Positions 12,897-24,500 of a stretch of 64,000 nucleotides of DNA are shown one piece after another (position 1 is the stretch's first letter; the number at the start of each line of letters is the position of its first letter). Made by a program: the position numbers and the translations under genes. The stretch comes from Ylistrum balloti (Eukaryota). The notes beneath the pieces are model-generated. The model did no database searches and was not told the origin of the DNA. It worked only from the letters and a program-made list of their open reading frames with translations. The DNA lies in contig NW_026782299.1 in assembly GCF_031769215.1 (NCBI RefSeq), positions 2,542,001 through 2,606,000 on the forward strand. Direction: 5' to 3'.

Positions 12897-15547
12897 TCAA
12901 ACTGAAGTTGTCGCACGTAAAGAAATCGATGACGCTAATTCGTCCCAAAACACAACATTACCATGCAAGTCACCACGGGGATACTCGATATAGGTTTTGC
13001 TCTCAATAATATCCAGTAACGACAGTGGTAAATCTCGAGGCGGAATATCCTCATAGAACACCAATAAAAGGACAGAGTCGCCTCCCCTAGAATATATACT
13101 CTCCATTCGAGCCATGTTAAATTCGAAAATACACCAGTACGAATTAAGATAGTTCCGGGAGAGTATGATAACAGTTTTCCTGCTTTGGTGGATAGCGTTG
13201 GTGATGTTCTGGGCTATGTCTTCCCCTGGTATGAAGTCTCTTTGGTGCAGACAAAGTCGCAGCCCGTGATTGTCTTCCAAATGGATCAGCATCTCCTTTA
13301 CCACGAACATATAATCATCTGAACAATATGATATAAATGCATCATACAGGTAGTCATCATCGTCTTCCGCATTAACGACGGGTCTATAACCACGATACTG
13401 GGTCTTCGCCATGTAAAACAGATAACGCAGTTTCCACCTGTAGCGGTAGATCATACCAGAAATCACAAAGGTTACCGACAACAGAATCACTGAAGCACAC
13501 ACTGCTATGATACCTATATAACTATCACACGACTTACTTATTTCCAACAAGGTTGTATCAAAATTGGAAAACGTTATTTCTGTTCCGTTGGAGAAAGCAC
13601 ATTTGTATGTTAGAAAATGTTCAAACAAATCTTTGTTTCGACCTAACCATTTAAGGAAATCGAGTTCCTCACACGAGCAGTCCATACGATTCCCTTGCAA
13701 ATTAATGGTTAAATTGTTGTCCTTTAAGCTATCTATCTGGTCTCGTTGATCCCGATTTATTCTTCTAAGCTGATTATGGGTAAGATCGATATATTGTAGA
13801 TGTTTCATATGTGATATATCGAGACTTAACTCATTCAATGCGTTGTTACTCAAATTCAGTATCTGAAGTTCATGTTGGTTTCTGAAGAGCAGTGCCGGTA
13901 ATGTATATATGTGATTTCTAGATAGGTTGATAATTTTCAAACTCTGAAGAGTCTTGAATATGTTGCCGTTAACATCTTCGTAGAGCACCAACCCTAATAA
14001 ATTGTTTTGAATTAATAGTGTCTCTAAGACATTTTCGACCATAAAGAAATTTTCAGAGATGTGAGTACAGTAATTATTTGATAAATCGATATATTTCAAA
14101 AATGGCACGTTTACTATTGTCCCTTTCCATGAATGTAAGAAATTATTACTGACATCAATAACTGTGAGATTAATATTTCTAAAATCAATTGCACCGATTT
14201 CAAAATCAAAAGCATTATAACTATAGTAAAGTTCTCTAAGCGAAGGGGGCAGAGGATATGTAGATAAAATATGACTGTCATGATGCAATTTTAAGAGAGG
14301 GTTCCTGTTACAGTCGAGTAACTCTGTCGATACGCTGAAGGAAATTTTCTCATCTGACGATGGTGGTGCCCGCCAATCTTTACAATCACTTTTACCCGAT
14401 TGCAAATTGTGAGAATACTTTTGGTAATCCGCATGTACTATTTGAATACTTGGTAAAGACGACATTAGCTCAATAATGTATATGCCAAATGTTAGGCTAT
14501 TATATTTTGCTGATATGAATTCTAATGTTTTAGGAATTAATCCTGCCACGCCAACATCAAGCATAACCAAACGATTATTGTCAATGTACACATGTGTTAA
14601 GTTTGTGTTTTTCAGGTGTATAACATCTTCCCTGTATATAACTGTACTAGGTCCAAACGTACAATGTAAACCACTAATGTCTAAAATACGAATACGAGTA
14701 TATTGTAAATCATGTGTAACGTTCGGAAGTACTCGAAATGTCAGACATTCGTTGAAAGAAATATTTAGCGAATAGAGATTTGTCAATCCACGAAAAGTTC
14801 CAATGTCAATTTCATGAATATTGCAACTGGAGATATCTAAATATTTGATATTTGACATGTTTTGAAAGTAATCGAACCTTAATCTTCCTAGGTGACATAC
14901 TCCGCTGTTCCCAGATAAATCAAGGGTCCTCAACTTAGTCATCTGCAAGAACCTTCCGTCAAATCCGGATAAATCCACTCCATCTAAAAGTAATGTCTCA
15001 AGCATATTCAGTTTTGAAATGCTTACTGGGAAATGTAAGTTTCTTGATACATAATGAATGTTATTCTGTTGTATGTTCAAGTATCTTAATTGAGTCAATC
15101 CCTCAAATATATTTTCGGAGTAAATTGCGTTAGTATATCGAAGTTTGTTATCACTTAAATCTAAATATTGTAATTGTTTCATATCCTTAAAAGGAAATCC
15201 GATGAACATGTCTAAGTTGTTTCTCGATAGGTCCAAGTATTTAACCGTATCCGGAATTCCTTCACCTGAAATATTTTTTATATTGTTTCCATTCAGATGG
15301 ATCACAGTGACATTAGGATGAAACGTTGGAATCGCATCGATATTCAGATATGAACAGTCTGCCACTATGCTATTATCTTTAGAACTATGGCAATGACACA
15401 AGTCCTTAGATGTGCAATGGAATATAGAGATTTTTGAGGAAGTCGGTAATGACGCCAACGAGCCTGTCGTTGTATTCAAGTTATCCTTGCTGACATCAAA
15501 CCCTTGTATTTCTTGTACACTAATACAGCCAACGTACAACATAATAC
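12897..15547 (-). CDS. TLR: Toll-like receptor A, main exon (exon 2): LRRNT, LRRs, single LRRCT, TM, TIR (sccTLR type); 891 aa with exon 1
   Basis: LxxLxLxxN repeats, LRRCT GNRMDCSCEELDFLKWL, TM IGIIAVCASVILLSVTFVISGMIY, TIR box1 YDAFISY and BB loop RDFIPGEDI. Acceptor TTTTCCATTTCTAG| at 15548. Confidence 0.96.
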
Positions 15548-15702
15548 CTAGAAATGGAAAACAAAATTAAAAATGAGTTTATTGGATTAAGGGTCTATAT
15601 TTACTGTGTAATATTTCTAAAGTTGTCGGAAAGTAATACATATATACATCTATAACGTTGACATAGGATTCAGTCCGAGTCAAGGCCAGTATTTGTACTT
15701 AC

Positions 15703-15727
15703 CACAGCATATCTTTAATAAAGCCAT
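15703..15727 (-). CDS. TLR: TLR-A exon 1 (25 coding nt, MALLKICC-G), start of signal peptide
   Basis: ATGGCTTTATTAAAGATATGCTGTG|GTAAGT. The phase-1, 155-bp intron joins in frame to give MALLKICCGIMLYVGCISVQEIQG. A homologous exon lies upstream of TLR-B. Confidence 0.88.
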
Positions 15728-16714
15728 ATCGCTGTAACTGTGGACCTATCCCGAGAAAAACACTGGAAATATACACCTCTGTCAGTCAACCCGTTTTTAT
15801 TGTCGACAATCTACATATTGCTGAAAACAACTCCAACTTGACGTCGAGCCACACTCATGATGATTTCAGTTGCCAAGACAATAACAAGTGTGACACAATT
15901 TGCTTTTCCTTTTGTTATTATTTGACCATGAATTGTATGTATTGAATGTTGATAAGAAGAATGGAACATTTGCACACTTCACTATGTTGACTCTTTAAGG
16001 AAGCCTATTCAAATCACTGACAACCTGTTTTAATCCACAGCTTTTCTATGTAATCAATAAAGTATATGTTGACAAAAAACAGTCAATCCGAATGCCTACT
16101 TCAGGACGAAGGTACTTCAAAGAAAAATCCATATCATTCTCAATGTTACTAATATGTTGCACATATCACATGAAACCAAATAATTTATAATCTGTTAGGA
16201 GCTGAATCTGATATCATTTCGCTACATACCGCCACAGAATTATCCATTTTGACGTGTGATTTCACCAGATGTTAAAATGATATAACAGCCTGTGAACGCA
16301 CTACGAACAACATGCGTGACTAAAAGGGTCTTTTAAAATAGGTATACGAGCTATTGCACCCAATTACTGTAAGCTTTAAAAGCTATGATGAAACATGTTT
16401 CATAACTTTAATATAGTGACACGATGACTTGAAGTTGTTTAGACAATGGGTTTGTGACCGATTACTATATTTGTCCTTTCTTTTTGCCTTGTCGTATCTT
16501 TGATAATAATTTATAAAACTACATTAATGAATAAGGAAACATTTACGAATATGTTATGCTAGTATGAATTACGTCCTACTTCATGCATCTTGCACATGTG
16601 TGCCAGTAATTGTTCAAATTCAATAAGCTTGCTAATGTATGCCAGTAATTGTTCAAATTCAATAAGCTAATATGCATTTAGATAACATCAGACTTTAAAG
16701 TAAGACGGTGCGAA

Positions 16715-17030
16715 CGTTTGTATGTTGTTATGAGGTGTGACTTTGAAAGATGTTTGTGATCTTAGGAGTATGACTGGGAGAGGTGTTTGTAATTGTAGGG
16801 GTGTTTGTATGTGGTTGTAAGGTGTGTGTGACTATGAGAGGTGTTTGTGATTGCAGGAGTATGACTTGGAGAGGTGTTTGTAATTGTAGGTGTGTTTGTA
16901 TGTGGTTGTAAGGTATGTGTGGCTGTGAGAGATATTTGTGATTGTTGGTGTTTTTGTATGTGGTTGTAAGCTGTGTGTAGTTGAGAGAGGTGTTTGTGAT
17001 TGTAGGAATGTTTGTATGTGGTTATGAGGT
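16715..17030. repeat. Degenerate GT-rich tandem repeat upstream of TLR-A
   Basis: Recurring GAGAGGTGTTTGTAATTGTAGG/GTATGTGGTTGTAAG motifs. Explains the His/Thr-rich ORFs at 16762-17056. Confidence 0.8.
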
Positions 17031-18086
17031 ATTTGGCCTTGAACATTCCCAATCAAACTTCATACGAAGGTGTTTCTCCTACGTTGTCTAAGGTCTCCTT
17101 CTGAGTGTTTGATTTGGCTATATTGTATCTTTTAATGAATATATTTTTTGACTATTGGTTATAGTTTTTTCCTGTTGGCAAGATCATAATATAGTGCCGA
17201 TAAAAAAAATAGAAAAGTAACTTGATAAATATGTTGCGATTTCATTGTAATTTGTGTTTAAGCTTATCTTGGTAACCACTAAATAATTACTAAGTGTGCA
17301 ATCATATCATTGTCACGAAAACAACCCTACATAAGCATATTCTATTATCAAAATTACTGTATTGACGGTATTTGACGAACCAAACAGGTATACTAACGAG
17401 CACCAGACACCTCAAATTTCTTATCGCATAAATAGAATATTTCCCAATGTGATCGAGATGACAACAATAAAAGTTCCCTTTCAACGTGAGTTTGAGAAGA
17501 AAAATGGAGGAATATCGAATCAACTGTGACGTGTAAATACTGAATGATTTCGATGCAGGAATATTCATCTCCTGAAATGGAAAATTTACAATTGGAAATT
17601 GAAATCTTCATACTTATCATATAGCTTGTTTAAAAATGTCCCTGCTAATTTTGTCGCAAGAAAATATTTACGTAGGCAGTTGATGTGAAAGGATCGGGCA
17701 TGTTCTTGATTACCAATTCAGAGGAGTATATGTAATGGAAATTGAAGTATAAGAGTTATGTCCCTTGAATATGACTTGTGTAGTGGAAATTGAAGTATAA
17801 GAGTTATGTCACTTGAATATGATAATAGCTAATTACATAGGTTAATTTGTTCATCTAATGATTTTTGTCGATTAATACAAATGTTTATAATTCTGTAGTA
17901 AGATATGGAAAGGTATTCTGTACTATGTTAATATTTTAGTATGCATCATTTATGGTAAATTAAATACCAACGATTGACACACCTAATTAAAGAGTTTATT
18001 ATACATGTAAATAGAAATTACTTTGAATGATTGCGAGCGCTGTTATACTGACTGTTGGTAAAGCTTTCAGAGATACACAGACGACG

Positions 18087-18147
18087 AAACACTTCCTACC
18101 AAGTTTATGAAACTAAAAAAAAAAAAAAAAAACACTTCCTACCAAGT
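18087..18147 (+). mobile_element. Tiny retroposed insertion: 10 nt plus poly(A) between 18-bp direct repeats
   Basis: AAACACTTCCTACCAAGT (18087-18104) - TTATGAAACT - A run - AAACACTTCCTACCAAGT (18130-18147). Confidence 0.7.
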
Positions 18148-18371
18148 ACATAACACCGTTATTTGCAACAGGTGGTGGGTGAAAGTCTGAAATAGTGGCT
18201 TTTCCGAAACCGCTTGTCAAGCTGGTGCGAGGGCTGTTTAGTTCTCACCGAAGCTTGGACTTTTGACTGTGGATAGCTAGCGATAGGGTTAGGTTAGAAT
18301 ACGAGCAAGGGTTGACTTAGTTGGTAGGACAACCTAGTGCTTAGTCAGGACTGACTATATTGTTCGGTGAC

Positions 18372-20927
18372 TAGTTCAGTAGTTGGAACTAGGGTTAGGT
18401 GAAGTCACTGGGTGTCGAGCTTGCACTCACGCTCACATGCTAGTCGGAACAGTCTGTGTCGGGACAGCAGTCCATGTGAATACTAGTTCGTTCGTTAGTT
18501 TTATTGTTAACTCAGGTAGAGTTTGCTGTTACACGCTATATGTATATATCGGCATTTGTTAGCTAGTATCTCTGCAAGGAATCAAAGACTTACCCACCGT
18601 GTGCAAAGTTAGGCTGCACGTTACATATATTCGATGGACATACAAATAAATTTCATGTTATCAAAAAACAACACATCAACAATATATTCAATATATAAGT
18701 GACATTGAAGGACTTCGAAAGGACTTCACGATCAAATTTGTTGAGCACCTTTATAAATTCAGTCTCGTGGAAAACAAAAACAACTTAGTCAAAAGAGGGA
18801 CGACGTTTGTTCCTATTGGTATTTAAGTAGCCTGTTGGAAGATCTTACCACAAAAATCGATGAATGTATTGTTAACCATGAACTCAATCATCTTGATGAT
18901 CTGCTCTTCCGTTTATGAGTTGGACATGTTTTTCATTAAATAAGCTTACGTATAGGTCAAAACCATAGTAATGCTTCTTTGGAAAAGAAAAAGGGTCATC
19001 ACAAGAGAACGAAGGCGTTCCTTCAGTTTGAGCATGGTAGTGTACAGAGTAGAAAAAAGTCAAATATTCTTATAAAAGAAATGTTCTGTTTAGATGAACG
19101 AACCCGGACTATTTAGTCTATTTAGTCACAGTTTCCAAGAACCACGGAATGACCTAAATGGATATGGTGTAGTATGTACTGATTGTAAAAGCGAAAATGA
19201 TTGCTTGAAAGAAACCGAAACCTGTTTCAAACCACCAAATGCCGGCTCAAAGCTCTAAATGCAACGTTCATGCAACAAAGTACGGGTTGCAAACAACACA
19301 ATGTGGGTCGCAAACAACAAAGTACTTGTTTCAAAAGGAGATATCAAACAACCAAATCCATACTTCAAACAATATCATAAACAGTTGCATCAATGAAATA
19401 CGGGTTATATTCAAATAAAATAAAATTAAAAGCAATAAAAAAATCGCCGTCGAACACTTGCTTCGCATAGATGTTGTCTTGAGCGGGAGATTAGCGTACC
19501 GTCACGATAAATATTTTCACACACACTGAACCCCAATTTTCTATTGTTCAATTGGAAAATTGATTGAGTATACTGTATCAATGTTAGAGTTCCTAAAAAA
19601 CACTTTTATGATTTATTTATGATTTTATTTCTCAGAAAAACAGTTTCCTGGAACAATATATAAATAGACATTCTAAATTAAGAATTCTAAATATTTTCTC
19701 GAAATGTACCAACAACCTGCTGATGTATTATAACCTATAGGGGCATTTTCTGACAGGCTGTTAACACGTCTGTCATACCACATTTATGCTAAAAAATGCA
19801 TTAGTATGTTTCCGGTAATACATACAATATGTGCATATTTTACTCGATTCTGATTTGCTATAATGGTCTTATTTCAAACGAAACTTCAACTTCAAAGCTC
19901 AATTGATTGGTGCAAATAACATTTATTTGCAACTCATGTTCAAAAGCATATTGTGATCGTCTTAAATAACTTCTGTTCGTGATCATTCTGTTATGTTTAA
20001 TAACCCGAATAAGAATAACTTTCTTCTGTTCGTTTCTTTGTATAGAGTTTTGTAGCTGAGAACATTGTATTCTTCTTACACGTGAGGATATTCCTTTACA
20101 ATTGTCTTAGGTAGGACATAACATCTGCCTGTCACTGATGACAGTATCGTGGCTTGTACATTCACTACATTTTAGTTGGAGAAGGATCGCATTTAATACG
20201 AAATTCGGATTTACTACATGGCCTGCATGCGTATAAGCCTAGAAAGAAGCAATATGACGGACGCAAATACAAAAAGGCGACGAGGACCAAAAAGTGCCAG
20301 AAAGCGTAAGAGGAAGGAGTCAGACCACACAGGGCCCCACTAGTTCAGCGCCCGCTATTCACATAGATATTTCTCCCACAACAAAACGAATTACTAAGAC
20401 TGATTGTTAAAACTATATATCATGACTCCATAGAATCATTTACTGCAAACAAGAATTAGTAGAAAGGCGCAAAAGCAAGTGTCATACATAAGACATGTGC
20501 GTTTGAATGTTTTCATAATTCACACATGACTAGCCAGATGCATATATTTCGAGTGCCAGTTTTGCTTTGAAAGTCCTTGTGTTTTTAGTGGCATATATTT
20601 GATTATTATCGAATCGTTGCTTAACTCTAACCAAAGTTTGAGAAACTGGGATGTGGTTGTTATCTGTTATTCGAAACGTTTGGTTGAGCAATTTGACTTT
20701 GTGCTAATAATTAATTCGTGAACAATTGCTTTATTCCCTAAATTCCATGGAGCAGTTTGTTTAGTATTTGGATGTAATTATAATGTTATCTACGACCTCC
20801 TCCTTTCCCTTCAATCAAAACAGCATACAAATTAGGTCTGTTCAGCGTCATCGACGAAAGCAACCATATAAACATTGGTCAATCCAAGTAAGTAATGCCA
20901 CGCTCGCAAATGAGAACAATGCATACC
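18372..20927. repeat. Segmental duplication copy 1, left part (continues after the LTR element at 27950-28625)
   Basis: Near-identical to 32755-35199 and 36092-36186. One 17-bp indel; about 890 bp present only in copy 2. Confidence 0.95.
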
Positions 20928-21376
20928 TGTGATGTCGAGTGAGTCCAAAGAAATACAAACTAAACGCCTTTAATGAGTTCCTTTATTACATATACAAAGT
21001 TCCCAGTTCCTATAGCCATAGTTCACAATCATCACAAACACAGTGTAGGGGTTCTTGGTTGCACCTAGCTTGCGCCCCAACCTGCGGTAAAAAACTGAAA
21101 AATACAGAAATTAACCTGTCCTTAGCACATATTTTGCCTTTAGAGCCACAAAACAAACATATTTCAACAAAATTAATCAAATTTCAAACGTTTAAACCGT
21201 ATTAAAGTTACCTCATGGGTCACCTAAGCCTTGCTAAATCCGTAAGTCTGTTTCCTTTGGACTTTCACGTAAACATATCCCATGATGCATTTTTCCACGA
21301 TGTACAAAGAATGAACTCTGAACCCTGACCTGACTACCAGAGCAGACGGACAATATAAAACTAGCGTTTCACTACA
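20928..21376 (-). repeat. 3' LTR of BEL/Pao element
   Basis: 449 bp; three substitutions seen versus 27501-27949. The 20939-21205 ORF is an LTR by-product. Confidence 0.97.
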
Positions 21377-21542
21377 TTCCTCGCCTGATTGCTAAATCAC
21401 TACTACATTTAAACCCTGTAAACATTCATATTATTTATAACCCGATGAAAATATATAATATCAAAACTTATCTGAATAACAATAAACTAAAGTTTCTAAG
21501 CAATAAAATTCACTTGTCGCTGTCAATGTTCAACACAATAAT

Positions 21543-24500
21543 TCACTCTGCCATCAATAGTACTAACTGAGTAATAGGACGGATATACGAAACCGATCGT
21601 CCATTACGAATTGTCTTAACTCTGACTTTACGAACAAGACCATCGTGACTAGGAAAAACACATTCAACAATTCCCATTGGCCAGTCATTACGATGAGAGT
21701 CATGATCCTTCAGCAAAACAATGTCACCTTGTTTCAAGTTTGAACGTTCGTGATTCCACTTTTGTCGCGTTTGTAGCGATTGTAGATAGTCTCTTCTCCA
21801 CGCGTTCCAAAATTTCTGGGCCAATACCTGAACACATCGCCATTGGGATCGAAACATGTCTTTCACTGAGAAGTCTACCAAGGTTAGATCTACATTTGGA
21901 ACGTCAGTCTTTTGCGTAATGAGAGTACTTGGCGACAATACCACTGGGTTTTCAGGGTCGTCAGATACGGGTACCAGTGGTCGCTGGTTCACTATAGCAC
22001 ACGCTTCGGCTAGAAAAGTCGTAAGCACTTCATGCGTGAGGTGTTTAGTGTCAGTATTACGCAACATGTTGTCCAGAATCCTTCTAACGGTACCAATAAG
22101 CCGTTCCCAAGATCCGCCCATATGGGAGGCATATGGAGGATTAAAAGTCCATGTGATGCTTTCCTCTGAAAGAAAGTCTTTTACGGCTTTGTCCTCGACG
22201 TCAATAACATTCAAGTTAAGTTCCTTAACGGCTCCTACGAAGTTAGATCCTTTGTCCGACCTAATGTGCTTTACCGGTCCTCTGAGCGCGATGAATCTCC
22301 GCAGTGCGTTAATGAAGGAAGATGTGCTCATCTCCTCTACGACCTCAATATGTATCCCTCTCGATACCATGCAACAGAATATTATAGCCCAACGTTTTGC
22401 GTTAGCTTGTCCTCCCCTAGTTTTTCTCGCGCGCACATTCCATGGTCCAAACGCATCCAATCCAATGTAAGTGAAAGGCGGACATGGTGTCAAACGATCC
22501 TGCGGTAAAGTACACATTTTTTGTTCCACAAACTTTCCTCGGAGTTTCCTGCACACGACACAGTGATGTAAAATAGAGGAAATTAATCGCTTTCCTCCCA
22601 CTAGCCAATAACCAGAAGAACGTATTTTACCCTCCGTAATATGTCGGCCTTGGTGTTCCGATTTCTCGTGATAATGTCTCACGATTAGAGTAGCCACGTG
22701 ATGTTTTGCTGGGACAATGATCGGATCCTTTCCAGGTAAGTCAATGTCACTATTCTGAATCCTACCACCAATCCTCAGGAGCCCCTCGTCGTCTAGAAAC
22801 GGCGACAATTTCAACAAAGAATTGTTCCTGTTTAACGGCAGTCCTTTCTGCAAACAGTCGATTTCCATCGAATAAAACTCTTGTTGAACAACCTTCAGTA
22901 TGAGGTTCTTTGAATCGTTAGCAAAACGCAACACGTCTGGATTGTCTGTTCCGTTGTGATGACGATGCGCGACTTGTTTCAGTAAGGTTATTGCACTAAC
23001 CAACCTAGTCCATGACGAAAATCTCGCGAAACGGTCAGGATCGAGAGCGAAGTCCTTCCGAACGTGAGTTTTCATGACATTTGTTTCGTTGACGAACGTT
23101 ATTTCACCGTCGTCGTTACCGATCAACGGAAATACTTGGTCTCTATACGAACTTTGCAAATCACTCATGACGTCAACGGGTCCGTTCAACCACACTGACT
23201 TTCCAACGTCTTTCGCACGCATTGGCCTAGTCGCACTATCGGCAGGGTTACATTCACTAGAAACGAAACTCCACTGCTGTTTGGAAGATAACTTCAGAAT
23301 CTTGTCAATCCGATTAGCAACATAAACGAAGAAACGGCGCGTGTCGTTAAATATATACCCTAGTACTACCTGACTGTCGGTATAGTAGTAGGTGGCGTCA
23401 AACACAACATCGACGTGTTCGGATATAAATAAACCGAGTTCAGTAGCAAGAACAGCCGCGCATAGTTCTAGTCTTGGAATGGTATGTCCGTGGGAAGGCG
23501 CTACTTTCGATTTGCCAAGAACGTATCCAACAGAAGCATTTTCCTGTACGTCATAAATTTTCATGTATGCTACTGCGCCTATGGCATCCTTTGACGCGTC
23601 TGAGAATACGTGTAGTTCACGACGAATTGCCTTTTCCAATGACGAATTGGAGTAACATCTCGAAATTTCTAACTGTTCCAGATCTTTAAGCGAAGACCTC
23701 CATTTTTTCCAATCAGAGTTCAAGTCCGGAGGTAAAGGGTCATCCCAGTCAAGATCCTTTGACGATAACACATTTCGCATTAATAGTCTGCCTCCGAGAA
23801 TAACTGGTGCCACAAAGCCGAGGGGGTCGAATACACTATGTATTGTAGAAAGTACGCCTCGTTTGGTGAACGGTTTCACCTCATCAGAAACACTAAACGT
23901 GAACGTATCACAACCGACTTTCCAACGTAGTCCGAGACTCCTATGAACGATATCATCGAAGTCCATATCGCAAATTTCGCTGGTATCCTCTTTTGGAAAC
24001 TGCTTTAAAACATCAACACTGTTCGACGAGAACTTGTGCAAGTGAATGTTTCCGTTTTGCCGTAATCGAGCTTGAGTGTCTCTCAACAACTGCACTGCGT
24101 GACCTTCGTCAGATACAGAGGTCAACCCATCGTCAACGTAGAAGCTCTCTTTGACGAAACAACACACCTCGTCGCACGCGGAAGAATCGATATGGTCGCA
24201 AGCAGATTTCCTTAATCCAAGTGTGGCAATACACGGAGAAGACGAGTTGCCAAACACATGCACGCACATACGAAATTCCCTTAGCGGTTGTGTGGGATCA
24301 TTATCTTGAAACCATAAGAAACGTAGAAAGTTTCTGTCACGCTTGTGCACATAGAAGTTGAAGAACATCTGTTCAACATCGGCCATAATCGCAATTCGTT
24401 CCTTCCTGAATTTCATTAACACACCAACCAAATTGTTTATGAGATCCGGACCTGTCATGAGAATGTCGTTAAGCGAATGTCCATTAAACTTTGCCGCCGA

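Noticed and set aside
18041-18620. GC-richer segment with AGGGTTAGG motifs as a solo LTR or telomeric seed
   Set aside because: No matching TG...CA ends with a TSD found, and only two isolated telomere-like motifs.
20254-20345. Short basic ORF MTDANTKRRRGPKSARKRKRKE (also near 34620)
   Set aside because: About 29 codons, present twice only because of the duplication; no further support.
20939-21205. Twin 88-aa ORFs (also 27512-27778)
   Set aside because: Antisense reading of the two LTRs.
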